Part shown: in pieces, positions 20,002-30,006 of the stretch
Layout: the number at the start of each line of letters is the position of its first letter
How positions within the stretch are numbered: position 1 is the first letter of the stretch
Assembly (NCBI GenBank): GCA_963716475.1
Contig: OY970314.1
Span: forward strand, 692,790-756,789
Reading direction: 5' to 3'
DNA length: 64,000 bases
DNA from: Candidatus Woesebacteria bacterium
Lineage (GTDB): Bacteria; Patescibacteriota; Microgenomatia; UBA8517
Notes under the pieces: generated by a model
What the model was told of the DNA's origin: nothing
The model's input: the letters and a program-made list of their open reading frames with translations, nothing else
Database searches by the model: none
Position numbers and translations under genes: made by a program

Positions 20002-20922
20002 TCAAAACCCGTATGAAGATAGAGTTGTGCTGCCGATTCTGATTCTGGGCAGAGCAAATCTTTGTTTTTTGCAAAGAGTACTTCCGGGGTTTGTAGTAAA
20101 GGCGGCTTTATAGTCTAAAGAGATCAGATATTTCTCCGCCTGTCCCGTATCAAGCCCATAGGGATAAGAAAAGACTTTAGGGGAATTTAAACTCCGGTCG
20201 GAAAGTTGGGTATCCGCCGTAGAAATTTCGTACTGCATTGTACTTTCCGATACTCCAACGTTTTTGTGGGACCATGTATGATTGGCAAAAAGTATTGAAC
20301 CATCAATGGAAATAATTTGATTCCATGCAAGATACCCCGGGTTATCCATAAGCCCTGTCGGTAGAAATACCGTTGCCTTATAACCAAAGTTCCGGAGAAT
20401 GGGAAAGGCATCCGAATAAAAATCCTCATATCCGTCATCAAAAGTAATGAGAACACTTTTGGATTTAATTGGCATCCCATTATCAAAAAAATCGATCAAA
20501 TCATTTATACCGGCTACGTTATAGCCTTTATCCTTAAGGTATTGCATCTGTTTTTGAAAAAAGTCGGTGTAGGTAGTCAAACCCGTTTCTTTATCCGCTT
20601 TTGCAGCTTCTTCAGTTTGGATATGGTGATACATCAGAACCGGCATATGGACACAGGGACCATAAAGCGTATTCATTTCGGCAAAAGTTAAAGGCTTTGG
20701 GGTGGGGGACGGAGTCGGTGTTAAAACCGGCATAAGCAGTTGCCCGAATTTATCCGGAAATGATTTTTTTGTTGGCGACAGGAAAACGGATCTGTTTAAA
20801 TACACAAAAATTGCCACAATAACCAGTAGGACAATAAATATAACCCAGAGGGAACTATTTGGCTGAGGTAGTTTCCGTCGCGCGGACTTCGCGTATAACG
20901 GAAACTTTAATCTGTCCCGCAT
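20002..20922 (-). CDS. Polysaccharide deacetylase (NodB homology domain), membrane anchored
   Basis: TFDDGY motif, conserved His/Asp NodB motifs; N-terminal TM; start codon uncertain and overlaps the rny 3' end. Confidence 0.7.
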   Translation of the reverse strand: MRDRLKFPLYAKSARRKLPQPNSSLWVIFIVLLVIVAIFVYLNRSVFLSPTKKSFPDKFGQLLMPVLTPTPSPTPKPLTFAEMNTLYGPCVHMPVLMYHHIQTEEAAKADKETGLTTYTDFFQKQMQYLKDKGYNVAGINDLIDFFDNGMPIKSKSVLITFDDGYEDFYSDAFPILRNFGYKATVFLPTGLMDNPGYLAWNQIISIDGSILFANHTWSHKNVGVSESTMQYEISTADTQLSDRSLNSPKVFSYPYGLDTGQAEKYLISLDYKAAFTTNPGSTLCKKQRFALPRIRIGSTTLSSYGF

Positions 20923-22033
20923 ATTCCGCTTCTTTCTCAAGTTTCCTGGCAATATCATGGGCAAGTACTGTCAGTTTATCATCATCAACCTCGTCCGGGT
21001 TAACTATTACCCTGACATCGCGTCCCGCCTGGAAAGCGTAAACCATATCAATTCCGGGAAAACCTTTGGCGACTTCCTCAATCTTACTCATTCTTTTGAT
21101 ATAACCTTCGTGAGGTTCATATCTGGCGCCGGGGCGGCTACCGCTAATGGCATCCGCCATCCAGACGATTACGCTTTCGTTACTGGAAAACGGCCTGTCT
21201 TCGTGATGTTCGGCAACACAGGCAATAACTTCCTTAGGCATTCCGTACTTTTTAAGAAGATTTACTCCCAGTTCTATATGGTTTCCCTCTTCATCGGTTA
21301 CGATTTTACCGACGTCGTGGAGTAAACAACCTAAGCGGACAATATCAGCGTTTGCTCCGATCTCCTCGGCAATGGCAACACCCATCTTTGTTTCTTCGAT
21401 AGTATGAATTCCCAAGTTTTGTCCGTAGGAAGTCCTGAATCTGAAGCGTCCGATTAGTCTCATCAACTCCACCGGCAGATTGAATACTCCGCATTCGTGA
21501 CAAATTTTCTTACCTTCCTCCAGAAGCACGTCCTCCATGCCGGCTTTGACCTGCCTTATTACTTCCTCAATCCTCGAAGGCTGGATTCTGGCATCCCGGA
21601 TCAAAATTTCCAGAGCTCTTTTGGCTATCTCGCGCCTGATTGCATCAAATGAAGAAAGCCTGATTTCGTTGGTTTCGTCTATTTCTATTTCCACACCGGC
21701 TTCTTTTTCGAAAGTCCTAATATTCCTGCCTCCGGCTCCGATTATTCTGCCTTTTACATCTTCATTAGGCACTGTTACCGAAGAAACCGTATATTCGGCC
21801 ACGTAGCCTGTGGCGCCATGCTTCATGGCATCCAAAAGGACCTCCCGGGCCTTCTCATTTGCCTCTTCTTTGATTTTTTCCTCGGCAGCCCTGATCTTTT
21901 TGGCAATTTCACCGGTAAGATCTGCCTGGACCTCATCAATTAGAGCCTTTTTGGCCTCATCAACTGTCAATTTTGCAACCTTAGAAAGTTTATCTCTATA
22001 TTCGTCTTGTGTAGTCATATTTAACCGAGCCAA
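20855..22033 (-). CDS. rny: Ribonuclease Y (KH + HD domains), short N-terminus without a TM anchor
   Basis: KH motif GRIIGAGGRNIR; HD domain LLHDVGK...HH; 392 aa; starts with TTG or an internal ATG. Confidence 0.8.
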   Translation of the reverse strand: MARLNMTTQDEYRDKLSKVAKLTVDEAKKALIDEVQADLTGEIAKKIRAAEEKIKEEANEKAREVLLDAMKHGATGYVAEYTVSSVTVPNEDVKGRIIGAGGRNIRTFEKEAGVEIEIDETNEIRLSSFDAIRREIAKRALEILIRDARIQPSRIEEVIRQVKAGMEDVLLEEGKKICHECGVFNLPVELMRLIGRFRFRTSYGQNLGIHTIEETKMGVAIAEEIGANADIVRLGCLLHDVGKIVTDEEGNHIELGVNLLKKYGMPKEVIACVAEHHEDRPFSSNESVIVWMADAISGSRPGARYEPHEGYIKRMSKIEEVAKGFPGIDMVYAFQAGRDVRVIVNPDEVDDDKLTVLAHDIARKLEKEAEYAGQIKVSVIREVRATETTSAK

Positions 22034-22143
22034 AGAAGATTCGCCTTAAACAAGGTGGGTGTGGAACGAAGAAGCTAACTTTTGTGTCTTCTTATCCATA
22101 TCTTTGACTCTAAGGGGTATTCTACCTTTTTTGGGGGTTCCGG

Positions 22144-22428
22144 TCAATCGCCGCGCTCGGGGCCTTTTTTAACGCTTTCGTATTCTTCCTTAGAAAAACC
22201 TCCAGGTGTTACTGCCATCAGTAATCTGCTGCGAACCTCGCACGGGAGATCTCCCTGGCTGCTTTGAATAATTTCCTCCATGGTCTTTCCGCCCAAAAAT
22301 TCCTCATTCCTACCATCAACACCTAAATCTTTAAGAAGAATTGCCCTGCCAATAACATCAAGGGCCGACCAACGCTTTTCAAGAGTTTCGTCTACAGGAG
22401 ACCCAGGCTCACCGGATATTCGCGTCAT
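22144..22428 (-). CDS. Hypothetical protein (94 aa) between recX and rny
   Basis: ORF only; acidic small protein. Confidence 0.3.
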   Translation of the reverse strand: MTRISGEPGSPVDETLEKRWSALDVIGRAILLKDLGVDGRNEEFLGGKTMEEIIQSSQGDLPCEVRSRLLMAVTPGGFSKEEYESVKKGPERGD

Positions 22429-22437
22429 GGCGCAAAT

Positions 22438-23061
22438 TTATTCCACATTCACACTAATGTCAACAACTTTTTGAATCACGTCCCAGGAGAAGCCTTTCCC
22501 GGCCAAATACTGGGACATTTTTTGGCGGGCCTCACGGGCAGGCAGATTTTTCCATTTGTAGGCTTTTTTCTCCAAGAGTTCCCCGGCCATTTTTTCCTCA
22601 TCGACAACCTCTTCCCCCAGGACTTCGTCAATTATTTCTTTAGCTATTCCCTTAATCCTTAACTCCTGTATCAAAATCCTTTTTGGCTTGGGTTTAAAAT
22701 TTGCCCGCTGGTCGATCCACCACCTGGCAAATTTGGCATCATCAATTAGTTCCAAGTGTTTCAATTTCTCAACCAGTTTTTCGTGCATGCTCTCATGAAC
22801 TTTTTTGCGGCGGAAATAATCGGTTATCTCTTTCATCGACCTTGGTCTGACCATCGCAAATCTCAAAAGTTTGTCGTAAGTTTTTTGGAATTCGGCTTTT
22901 TTGACGATTTCCTCGACTTCTTTTTCCGTCAGCTCCTGATCAACTTTCAAGTGAAGCAAAACAAAGTTGTCCAAATCAATTCCAAATCCAAACTCATCAT
23001 CCAGATAAACATTTACACGGTTTTTATTCTTTTGTTGTTTGATTCCCGTAATTATCGGCAT
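22438..23061 (-). CDS. recX: Recombination regulator RecX
   Basis: 207 aa; three-repeat RecX architecture downstream of recA. Confidence 0.7.
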   Translation of the reverse strand: MPIITGIKQQKNKNRVNVYLDDEFGFGIDLDNFVLLHLKVDQELTEKEVEEIVKKAEFQKTYDKLLRFAMVRPRSMKEITDYFRRKKVHESMHEKLVEKLKHLELIDDAKFARWWIDQRANFKPKPKRILIQELRIKGIAKEIIDEVLGEEVVDEEKMAGELLEKKAYKWKNLPAREARQKMSQYLAGKGFSWDVIQKVVDISVNVE

Positions 23062-23101
23062 ATTTGCGATGTTTATCTTCCGTAGTATACTACGCCCAGA
23101 T

Positions 23102-23407
23102 ATGGCATTCAGATTGTCGGTTGAGTCTGAGGGTCAACAGGTTTTTAATGTTGATACCTCACAAGAAAAGTTTGATAAAAAGAAATTTGAGGCTCTAGTT
23201 ATCGAAAACCTAACCCAAGGCAGACCAGTAGCTTTTAGTATACGTGCGATCAGAAACTCCAGCCCCGGAGAAGTCGCATTGTATCTTGGTGGGGAACTAT
23301 ATAGTCGACTGAGAAATATGGGGTTTGACCCAGGATTCGGTATAGAAAATTACCCAGAAGACGGAATCACCGCCGAGTCAATAATCCAAATCAAACCCAG
23401 ACTTTAA
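23102..23407 (+). CDS. Hypothetical protein
   Basis: ORF exactly fills the recA/recX convergent gap; upstream TTGCGA-16-TATACT promoter; no domain recognised. Confidence 0.3.
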   Translation: MAFRLSVESEGQQVFNVDTSQEKFDKKKFEALVIENLTQGRPVAFSIRAIRNSSPGEVALYLGGELYSRLRNMGFDPGFGIENYPEDGITAESIIQIKPRL

Positions 23408-24493
23408 TTACTCTTCTTTTTCCTCTTCTCCAATTTCTTTCGGAAGTTTTTTACCGGAAGCCACCATTTCGCGGATTTTTTTATCTACCTCGTCTGCAAT
23501 ATGAGGGTGGTCTTTAAAATAAAGCTTGGCGGCTTCTTTACCCTGGGCAATGGGTTTGCCTTCGTAGTTAAAGAATGATCCGCTCTTACCGATTAAGCCC
23601 AGTTCAAGTCCGACGTCCAAAAGCCCTCCGAACCTGCTTATCCCTTCCGTTTCCATAATGTCGAATTCCGCAACTCTTAGTGGAGGGGCAACCTTATTTT
23701 TAACAATGCGGGCTCTATGTCTTGAACCGATTACTCTTTCCCCTTCTTTAAGAACTTCAATTCTTCTGAGATCGATTCTTACCGAAGAATAAAACTTAAG
23801 GGCAAGCCCTCCGGGAGTCGTTTCGGGATTTCCAAACATGACTCCGATTTTTTGTCTGAGCTGATTGGTAAAAATCAAAACGGTTTTGGATTTACTTATT
23901 GCGCCGGTCAATTTTCTGAGAGCCTGGCTCATAAGGCGGGCCTGCATTCCCATGACAGCATCTCCCATTTCCCCTTCGAGTTCGGCGCGCGGTACAAGTG
24001 CCGCAACCGAATCAACGACTACAACATCAATTGCTCCGGAACGGATTAAGGCCTCAGTAATTTCCAGAGCCTGCTCACCGGTATCCGGCTGGGACATAAG
24101 AAGATTATCAAGGTCAACTCCTAAAATTTCGGCGCGTTGGGGATCAAGGGCGTGCTCTGCATCTATAAAAGCACATTGACCGCCTTTCTTCTGAGCTTCT
24201 GCAATGACTGCCAGGGCTAAGGTGGTCTTACCAGAGGCCTCAGGACCGTAGATTTCTGTAATACGGCCCCTGGGAAGTCCGCCGACTCCAAGTGCCAAAT
24301 CGACCGCTATGGAACCCGTCGAAATTACGTCAATTTTATATCTTTCGCCATCGTTTCCTCCAAGGCGCATGATGCTTCCTTTACCATATTGTTTTTCGAT
24401 TTGATCCATGGCAAGCCTTATTGCCTGAAGTTTTGCAGAGCCGCCTTCCTGTTTTACAGGAGCTTCCGTTTCGGGTTTTTTTACTTTCGCCAT
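23408..24493 (-). CDS. recA: Recombinase RecA
   Basis: Walker [13 protein letters not shown] and L1/L2 loop regions; 361 aa. Confidence 0.95.
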   Translation of the reverse strand: MAKVKKPETEAPVKQEGGSAKLQAIRLAMDQIEKQYGKGSIMRLGGNDGERYKIDVISTGSIAVDLALGVGGLPRGRITEIYGPEASGKTTLALAVIAEAQKKGGQCAFIDAEHALDPQRAEILGVDLDNLLMSQPDTGEQALEITEALIRSGAIDVVVVDSVAALVPRAELEGEMGDAVMGMQARLMSQALRKLTGAISKSKTVLIFTNQLRQKIGVMFGNPETTPGGLALKFYSSVRIDLRRIEVLKEGERVIGSRHRARIVKNKVAPPLRVAEFDIMETEGISRFGGLLDVGLELGLIGKSGSFFNYEGKPIAQGKEAAKLYFKDHPHIADEVDKKIREMVASGKKLPKEIGEEEKEE

Positions 24494-24539
24494 ACCGGTA
24501 CCTTTTTACAATGGACTAAGGTAAAATGCAACAAGGAAA

Positions 24540-25055
24540 ATGCAAAATTTTAAATATTGCCCGAGATGTAAATCAGAATTAAAAAATAATCCGGAATTTT
24601 ATAAGTGCAAAAATTGTGGACAGATAATTTATAAAAACTCCGCCCCAACCGCTTCCGTTTTAATAATTAAAGGAGATAAAGTTCTGCTGGCAGTGCGGGG
24701 TATCGCACCGTTTAAAGGAAAATACGACATTGTCGGGGGATTTTTAAAATACGGAGAAGACCCGATCATTGGAGTACTAAGGGAGGTCAAAGAAGAAACG
24801 GGACTTAAGGTTAAAATTTTGGATATGCTGGGAATTTATATGGATACGTACGGAGAAAATGGTGAACCAACCCTAAATGTTAATTACATTGGCAAAATAA
24901 TCAGCGGAAAAATGAAAGCTTCGGATGATGTAGCCAAACTCGAATGGTTTCCGATTGGTAAACTTCCAAAGCCTGCTTTTAAAAACCAGATAAAGGCCTT
25001 CGAAGATTTACAGAAGTGGTATCTCAGTCGGGGTGCTGAGAATATGAAATCCTAG
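24540..25055 (+). CDS. NUDIX hydrolase with N-terminal zinc ribbon
   Basis: CPRC..CKNC zinc ribbon; Nudix box GGFLKYGEDPIIGVLREVKEETGL. Confidence 0.85.
   Translation: MQNFKYCPRCKSELKNNPEFYKCKNCGQIIYKNSAPTASVLIIKGDKVLLAVRGIAPFKGKYDIVGGFLKYGEDPIIGVLREVKEETGLKVKILDMLGIYMDTYGENGEPTLNVNYIGKIISGKMKASDDVAKLEWFPIGKLPKPAFKNQIKAFEDLQKWYLSRGAENMKS
25028..25044. repeat. 17 nt exact copy of the tRNA-Pro 3' end (about 26 nt with one indel), inside the NUDIX gene 3' end
   Basis: gtcggggtgctgagaat identical to 25152..25168. Confidence 0.8.
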
Positions 25056-25153
25056 CATTTCATATCGCTCAGCTTGCTTTGACACTCAACTGAAGTTTCG
25101 TAAGCCGCAAGATGCGCGATTGAACAATTTCATCCCCCTCCGCGCTTCGCTTG

Positions 25154-25224
25154 TCGGGGTGCTGAGAATTGAACTCAGTTCGGACGCACCCCATGCGCCC
25201 ATTCTACCGGTGAACTACACCCCG
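25154..25224 (-). tRNA. tRNA-Pro (anticodon GGG)
   Basis: Cloverleaf folded by hand: acceptor CGGGGUG/CACCCCG (C1-G72), anticodon loop AUGGGGU, T-loop UUCAAUU; no encoded CCA. Confidence 0.8.
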
Positions 25225-25246
25225 TAAGTCGTATTGTATCAGAAGT

Positions 25247-25657
25247 TTAACGCTTTGGAGACTGTTTCTTTCTGCGGGATTTTCCACCCATACCCACCAT
25301 TCTTCTTTGCCTGGTTCTACTGTCGCGGGTAAGAAGACCAAGTTTTTTTAGCGGGGTTCTATTTTTCTCGGAAGAAACTTTTACAAGACTTCGGGAAAGA
25401 CCCAAAATAACGGCACCTAGTTGCGCTTCTTTTCCGCCACCGGAAACTTTCGCCGAAAAATAATACTTGTCGCTGGTTTCCGTTGCACCCATCGGTTTGG
25501 CCAATGCTTTTATGGCAATCTCACCCGGAAAATACTTTTCTGTGAGCATTCCGTTAACCGTATTTTCTCCTTTGCCACGGTAAAGCCTCACCCTTGCGGA
25601 TGATTCCTTTCTCCTGCCAACCCCGTACGAATAATCTATCTTTTTAATTCTTGCCAT
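25247..25657 (-). CDS. rpsI: 30S ribosomal protein S9
   Basis: C-terminal ...RRKKQSPKR; downstream of rplM. Confidence 0.9.
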   Translation of the reverse strand: MARIKKIDYSYGVGRRKESSARVRLYRGKGENTVNGMLTEKYFPGEIAIKALAKPMGATETSDKYYFSAKVSGGGKEAQLGAVILGLSRSLVKVSSEKNRTPLKKLGLLTRDSRTRQRRMVGMGGKSRRKKQSPKR

Positions 25658-26072
25658 TTTGTTTAAATTCTTTTTCGTAAGGATTTTTATCCCCTGCCAC
25701 TACTTTTAATCTTAACATTCTCGGGTCTTTCAAACGGTTAACGGGAAGCATTCCAGCTACGGCATGCTCAATAATGCGCTCCGGATGCTGTTCCATCATC
25801 AGGCTGTATTTTTTCGATTTAAATCCTCCAGGATATCCCGAATGGGTAATGTAGACTTTTTGGGAAGCTTTTCTGCCGGTCACCATAATTTTTTCTGCAT
25901 TTATTACGACTACGTAATCTCCCATATCCATATGATGGCTAAAAGTGGCCTTGCCTTTACCCATCAAAAGTCCCGCAATTTTTGTGGAAAGACGACCCAA
26001 TATTTCATCCTTGGCATCTATCAAATGCCATTCTCTTTTTACGTCTTTTGGTGTGGGTGAAAATGTCTTCAT
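25644..26072 (-). CDS. rplM: 50S ribosomal protein L13
   Basis: 142 aa; collinear with bacterial L13. Confidence 0.9.
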   Translation of the reverse strand: MKTFSPTPKDVKREWHLIDAKDEILGRLSTKIAGLLMGKGKATFSHHMDMGDYVVVINAEKIMVTGRKASQKVYITHSGYPGGFKSKKYSLMMEQHPERIIEHAVAGMLPVNRLKDPRMLRLKVVAGDKNPYEKEFKQNGKN

Positions 26073-26500
26073 TTTTTAGGTTTTTCTTCAACTTTTTTGC
26101 CTTTTACCTTTGCTTCGGGCTTTTTCTTCACCTCATATTCTACTTTTTCCGTCCATTCCATTCTAACCATTTGAGCATTATCCCCGACTCTCGGGGGAAG
26201 AGAAATTATCCTGGTAAACCCCGAGGTTTTCATCGGGAAAGCTTTGACAACTTTCTGAAACAGAACTTCTGCGGCTTCTCTTTTATTGTCCAATTTACTC
26301 ATAACCTTTCTCCTTGCGGCAATAGTTCCCTTTTTGGCCAGGGTTACCATCTTTTCCACACTGCCCTGAACCGCCTTGGCTTTTGCGCGGGTGGTTACAA
26401 TTTTTCCGTTAGTAATCAGGCTTTGGGCTAAAGAAGCAAATAAGGCCTCCCTGGCCGGCCGACTACGGGAAAGTTTTCTTCCGAACACACGCTTATTCAT
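26069..26500 (-). CDS. rplQ: 50S ribosomal protein L17
   Basis: N-terminal RKLSRSRPAR motif; Lys-rich C-terminal extension. Confidence 0.9.
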   Translation of the reverse strand: MNKRVFGRKLSRSRPAREALFASLAQSLITNGKIVTTRAKAKAVQGSVEKMVTLAKKGTIAARRKVMSKLDNKREAAEVLFQKVVKAFPMKTSGFTRIISLPPRVGDNAQMVRMEWTEKVEYEVKKKPEAKVKGKKVEEKPKK

Positions 26501-26504
26501 AGTC

Positions 26505-27422
26505 TTACTTGATAGCGAGAAACTCGACTCCCTTTGTTCCGAGCGCAGCAGCTATAATCTTGAGGGACTTTTCTCCCAAATTTCTGACCTTGACCAAATC
26601 TTCTTTCTTGGCATGAGCCAACTGTTCAACCGACTCAAAACCGGCTTTAATCAGGGCATTTGCGACTCTCGTGGGAAGCCCGATTTCCTCTACAGAAAGT
26701 TTTCCGACAAGCCCGAGTTCATCCTTAGGCGCCTCAACCGGCTTTTCAACTTTCTTAGGATTAACCACCTGGCCAAAATATGACATCAGGATCTTTGCGG
26801 ATTCCATTAAAGCGACCTTTGCATCGATTGTTCCGTCGGTCCAAATTTCCAAAAGCAATTTATCATAATTTGTGAGCCGTCCCACGCGGGTTTCCTCAAT
26901 CTTGTAGCTGACTCTTTTAACCGGAGAGAAAGAGGCATCAACCGGAATAAGACCGATTGTGTCTGTGGGTCTGTCTTCCGCCGGGGAATAACCTTCCCCG
27001 CTTTCAATCATGATATCTGCGGAAAGTTTGGAGCCTTTATTCAGCGTGCCCAAAATCAAATCGGGATTAGCAACTTTAATTCCGCCTCCGACTTTAATCT
27101 CGGCAGCCGTAAATTCTCCGGGTTTTGTTACCTCCAGCGTAGCCTTGGTAGGCTTTTCGGCTTTTCCGGAAAATCTGACTCTTTTGAGGTTAAGAACAAA
27201 CTCAACAATATCTTCCTTCATTCCGGTAAGAGAAGAGAACTGGTGTTTAACACCGGCAATTTTGACCGAAGTTACGGCAATTCCGGGAAGCGAAGAGAGT
27301 AAGACACGCCTCATGGAGTTTCCGATGGTGAGTCCATATCCCTGCTCCAGGGGGGAAATAACGAATCTGCCGTAACCGGCTTCCTTCTTTTCTTCTTTGA
27401 TCTCAAACATCGGGTCGTTCAT
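26505..27422 (-). CDS. rpoA: DNA-directed RNA polymerase subunit alpha
   Basis: 305 aa; alpha NTD and CTD; operon context. Confidence 0.9.
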   Translation of the reverse strand: MNDPMFEIKEEKKEAGYGRFVISPLEQGYGLTIGNSMRRVLLSSLPGIAVTSVKIAGVKHQFSSLTGMKEDIVEFVLNLKRVRFSGKAEKPTKATLEVTKPGEFTAAEIKVGGGIKVANPDLILGTLNKGSKLSADIMIESGEGYSPAEDRPTDTIGLIPVDASFSPVKRVSYKIEETRVGRLTNYDKLLLEIWTDGTIDAKVALMESAKILMSYFGQVVNPKKVEKPVEAPKDELGLVGKLSVEEIGLPTRVANALIKAGFESVEQLAHAKKEDLVKVRNLGEKSLKIIAAALGTKGVEFLAIK

Positions 27423-27472
27423 TTTTCTTTCAAAATACAGTCTTAACTTTAAGACTAGGGTGTATTATAACC

Positions 27473-28072
27473 TTATCGAGAGTAAAATTCAACAATATCC
27501 ATCTCGCTTATAGGCTCAGTTATATCCTCACGCTTAGGCGCTGCAGAAATCTTGCCTACAAGAGCTTTACGCTCAAGCCAGCCGGGGATCTTGATATCTT
27601 TCTCTTCCGTGGCCTTCTTGACCTCTGGAATGGCGAAGGCTGTAGAATCGATTGAAACCGTGTCCCCGACAACCAATTTATATGACGGAATATTAACTTT
27701 CTTACCGTTAACCAAAACGTGCCCGTGCGAAACCATCTGACGGGCACTGGGCCTGCTCGGGGCAAAACCAAGCCGGAAAATAACGTTATCCAGACGTTTT
27801 TCGAGGCTCATAAGTATTGCCTCTCCCGTATTTCCCTTGGCCCTAAATGCGTCCTCAACATACTTTCTGAACTGCTTTTCGAGAATTCCGTAAATCCTTT
27901 TGACTTTTTGTTTCTCCCTGAGCTGTCTGCCGTATTGGGAAGAACCTCTGGTACCTTTTGGTCCGTGAACTCCTGGCGGAACATTAAGCCTCGTCAGCTT
28001 CGCCCCGGCACTAAAAATGTCGAAGTTTTCGCGCCTGCTCAACCTGTCTTTTGGTCCTACGTATTTTGCCAT
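27473..28072 (-). CDS. rpsD: 30S ribosomal protein S4
   Basis: MAKYVGPKDRLSRRE N-terminus; S4 domain. Confidence 0.9.
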   Translation of the reverse strand: MAKYVGPKDRLSRRENFDIFSAGAKLTRLNVPPGVHGPKGTRGSSQYGRQLREKQKVKRIYGILEKQFRKYVEDAFRAKGNTGEAILMSLEKRLDNVIFRLGFAPSRPSARQMVSHGHVLVNGKKVNIPSYKLVVGDTVSIDSTAFAIPEVKKATEEKDIKIPGWLERKALVGKISAAPKREDITEPISEMDIVEFYSR

Positions 28073-28078
28073 ACTATT

Positions 28079-28459
28079 TTAGACTCTCCTTTTCTTTTTC
28101 GGCCTGGGTCCGTTATGCGGAACGGGTGTAATATCTGCAATAAGAGCAATTTTTACTCCGGCGGCCCTGACAGCCCTTAATGCCGCATCCCGCCCGGCAC
28201 CCGGACCCTTAACGTAAATTTCCACTTCCGTAACTCCAAAATCATTTTTGGCTTTATTCAAGACCGCTTCAACAGCAGTTGTTGCCGCATAAGGGGTAGC
28301 ACGCCTTGTTCCTTTAAAACCCGAGGCACCGGATGAACCCCAAGCCAAAGTCTCACCGAGAGCATTTGTAAGGGTCACAAGAGTGTTATTAAACGACGCG
28401 GAAATATAAATTTTGCCGAGTCCTACATCTTTTTTTGTATTTTTAGCTTTAGTAGCCAT
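28079..28459 (-). CDS. rpsK: 30S ribosomal protein S11
   Basis: 126 aa; conserved S11 sequence. Confidence 0.9.
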   Translation of the reverse strand: MATKAKNTKKDVGLGKIYISASFNNTLVTLTNALGETLAWGSSGASGFKGTRRATPYAATTAVEAVLNKAKNDFGVTEVEIYVKGPGAGRDAALRAVRAAGVKIALIADITPVPHNGPRPKKKRRV

Positions 28460-28460
28460 A

Positions 28461-28874
28461 TTACTTCTTTGTCTCCTCTTCTTTACCCGTGGTCATCTTG
28501 GAGAGGATTTCTTTCTTAAAGGCTCCAACTGTCTTTCTCTTTCCGCGTTTGGTACGGGCGTTTGTTCTTGTCCTTTGCCCCCTGACCGGAAGCCCTTTTG
28601 TGTGCCTTGAGCCCCTATATGATCCGATCACCTGGAGCCTTTGAATATTTCCCCTTACAGCTCTTGCCAAATCCCCCTCGATTTGATATTTATCGAGTTC
28701 TGCCGAAATTTTGCTTACTTCGTCGCTGGTCAGGTCGGAAATTCTCTTTTTTGTATCAACCCCGGCATCCTTCATGACCTTTTTTGACAACGACCAGCCC
28801 AAACCTTTTATTTTGGTTAAGGCGAAGTCTACTTTCCAGCTATCCTGTAGGTCGATTCCTGCGATTCTTGCCAT
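28461..28874 (-). CDS. rpsM: 30S ribosomal protein S13
   Basis: ARIAGIDL N-terminus; Lys/Arg-rich C-terminus. Confidence 0.9.
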   Translation of the reverse strand: MARIAGIDLQDSWKVDFALTKIKGLGWSLSKKVMKDAGVDTKKRISDLTSDEVSKISAELDKYQIEGDLARAVRGNIQRLQVIGSYRGSRHTKGLPVRGQRTRTNARTKRGKRKTVGAFKKEILSKMTTGKEEETKK

Positions 28875-28926
28875 ATACATTTTCGGAAGAGGGTTTCACC
28901 CCCTTCCGGCTTTCCCCTAAAACAAA

Positions 28927-29040
28927 CTAGCCCTGGCGCTGCTTATGACGGGGGTTTTTACAAATAACGTATAAAACGCCCTTGCGCTTAACAATCTTAC
29001 AGTCCTTGCATCTTAAACTGATTGAGCTTTGAACTTTCAT
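28927..29040 (-). CDS. rpmJ: 50S ribosomal protein L36 (zinc-binding), not in ORF track
   Basis: [37 protein letters not shown] (37 aa), C-x2-C...C-x4-H. Confidence 0.9.
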   Translation of the reverse strand: MKVQSSISLRCKDCKIVKRKGVLYVICKNPRHKQRQG

Positions 29041-29044
29041 TTCT

Positions 29045-29260
29045 TTATAATTTAAAGACGATCCTGCCTCTGGCCTCGTCGTAGGGCGTCATTTCGACCT
29101 TGACCCTGTCTCCCGGAAAAATCCTGACATAATTTCTGCGCATTTTACCGGTTAAGGTCGTCAAAATTAGCCTCCCGTCAGCTAGAGTCACCCTGAACAT
29201 TGTATTGGGAAGGGCGGCAGACACGTTTCCCTCGACTATGACTACGTTTTTGGTTTTCAT
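29045..29260 (-). CDS. infA: Translation initiation factor IF-1
   Basis: 71 aa S1-like OB fold; sequence collinear with IF-1. Confidence 0.9.
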   Translation of the reverse strand: MKTKNVVIVEGNVSAALPNTMFRVTLADGRLILTTLTGKMRRNYVRIFPGDRVKVEMTPYDEARGRIVFKL

Positions 29261-30006
29261 CTCGTTAACACCTTGGGTCCTACTTCAGTTACCGCGACAG
29301 TATCTTCAAAAAGTCCTGATATTTTACCATCCCGCATGGCTATTGTCCACCCGTCTTCCAAAAGTTCGACTTTGTCGCTCCCTTTTGCATACATTACCTC
29401 AACTGCCAAAACCATACCTTTTTCTATCTTCGGGCTTTCCTCTCTTCTTCCCGGCACAAAACAGGGGATTTGAGGATCCTCGTGAAGCTCCCTGCCCACC
29501 CCATGGCCGACCAGTGCTTTTATGGTTGTATAACCCGCTTCCTCAATGGCGTCTTCAATAGCTTTGGAAATATCGTAAATATAATTGCCCTGCCTAACTA
29601 CTTTCAGGGCTTTACTTAAGGTATCATGGCCGGTATTCAGGAATTTCCGGTTTTCGGGACTTAAATCGATGCCAACCGAGATCGAAGTATCAGTATGAAA
29701 TCCCCCGTAATAAACCCCCACGTCAATACTGACCAGATCACCTTTTTTGAAAATCACGCTCGAGGCAGGAATTCCGTGAACCAAACCCTCATTTACGTTT
29801 ACACAGGTTGCCCAACGGTAGCCCGGGACTTTTTTAAAAGAGGCTTCAGCACCTTCTTCTTTTATAAGTTTTGCCGCCAGCTCCTCAATTTCTGAGGCTT
29901 TTACCCCGGCGGCAACGGCCGCGGCAAGAGCATTCTTTACTCTGCCTAGCTTTGCTCCACCCTCGGCCATAATTTGAATCTCCTCGGAAGTTTTTATTCG
30001 GATCAT
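29257..30006 (-). CDS. map: Methionine aminopeptidase type I
   Basis: 249 aa; metal-binding D/D/H/E/E residues in conserved spacing. Confidence 0.9.
   Translation of the reverse strand: MIRIKTSEEIQIMAEGGAKLGRVKNALAAAVAAGVKASEIEELAAKLIKEEGAEASFKKVPGYRWATCVNVNEGLVHGIPASSVIFKKGDLVSIDVGVYYGGFHTDTSISVGIDLSPENRKFLNTGHDTLSKALKVVRQGNYIYDISKAIEDAIEEAGYTTIKALVGHGVGRELHEDPQIPCFVPGRREESPKIEKGMVLAVEVMYAKGSDKVELLEDGWTIAMRDGKISGLFEDTVAVTEVGPKVLTR

Noticed and set aside
25045-25151. Possibility that the 107 bp between the tRNA-Pro repeat copies is a complete integrated element
   Set aside because: It is far too small to encode an integrase or any cargo. I interpret it as a scar or remnant, not an intact mobile element.
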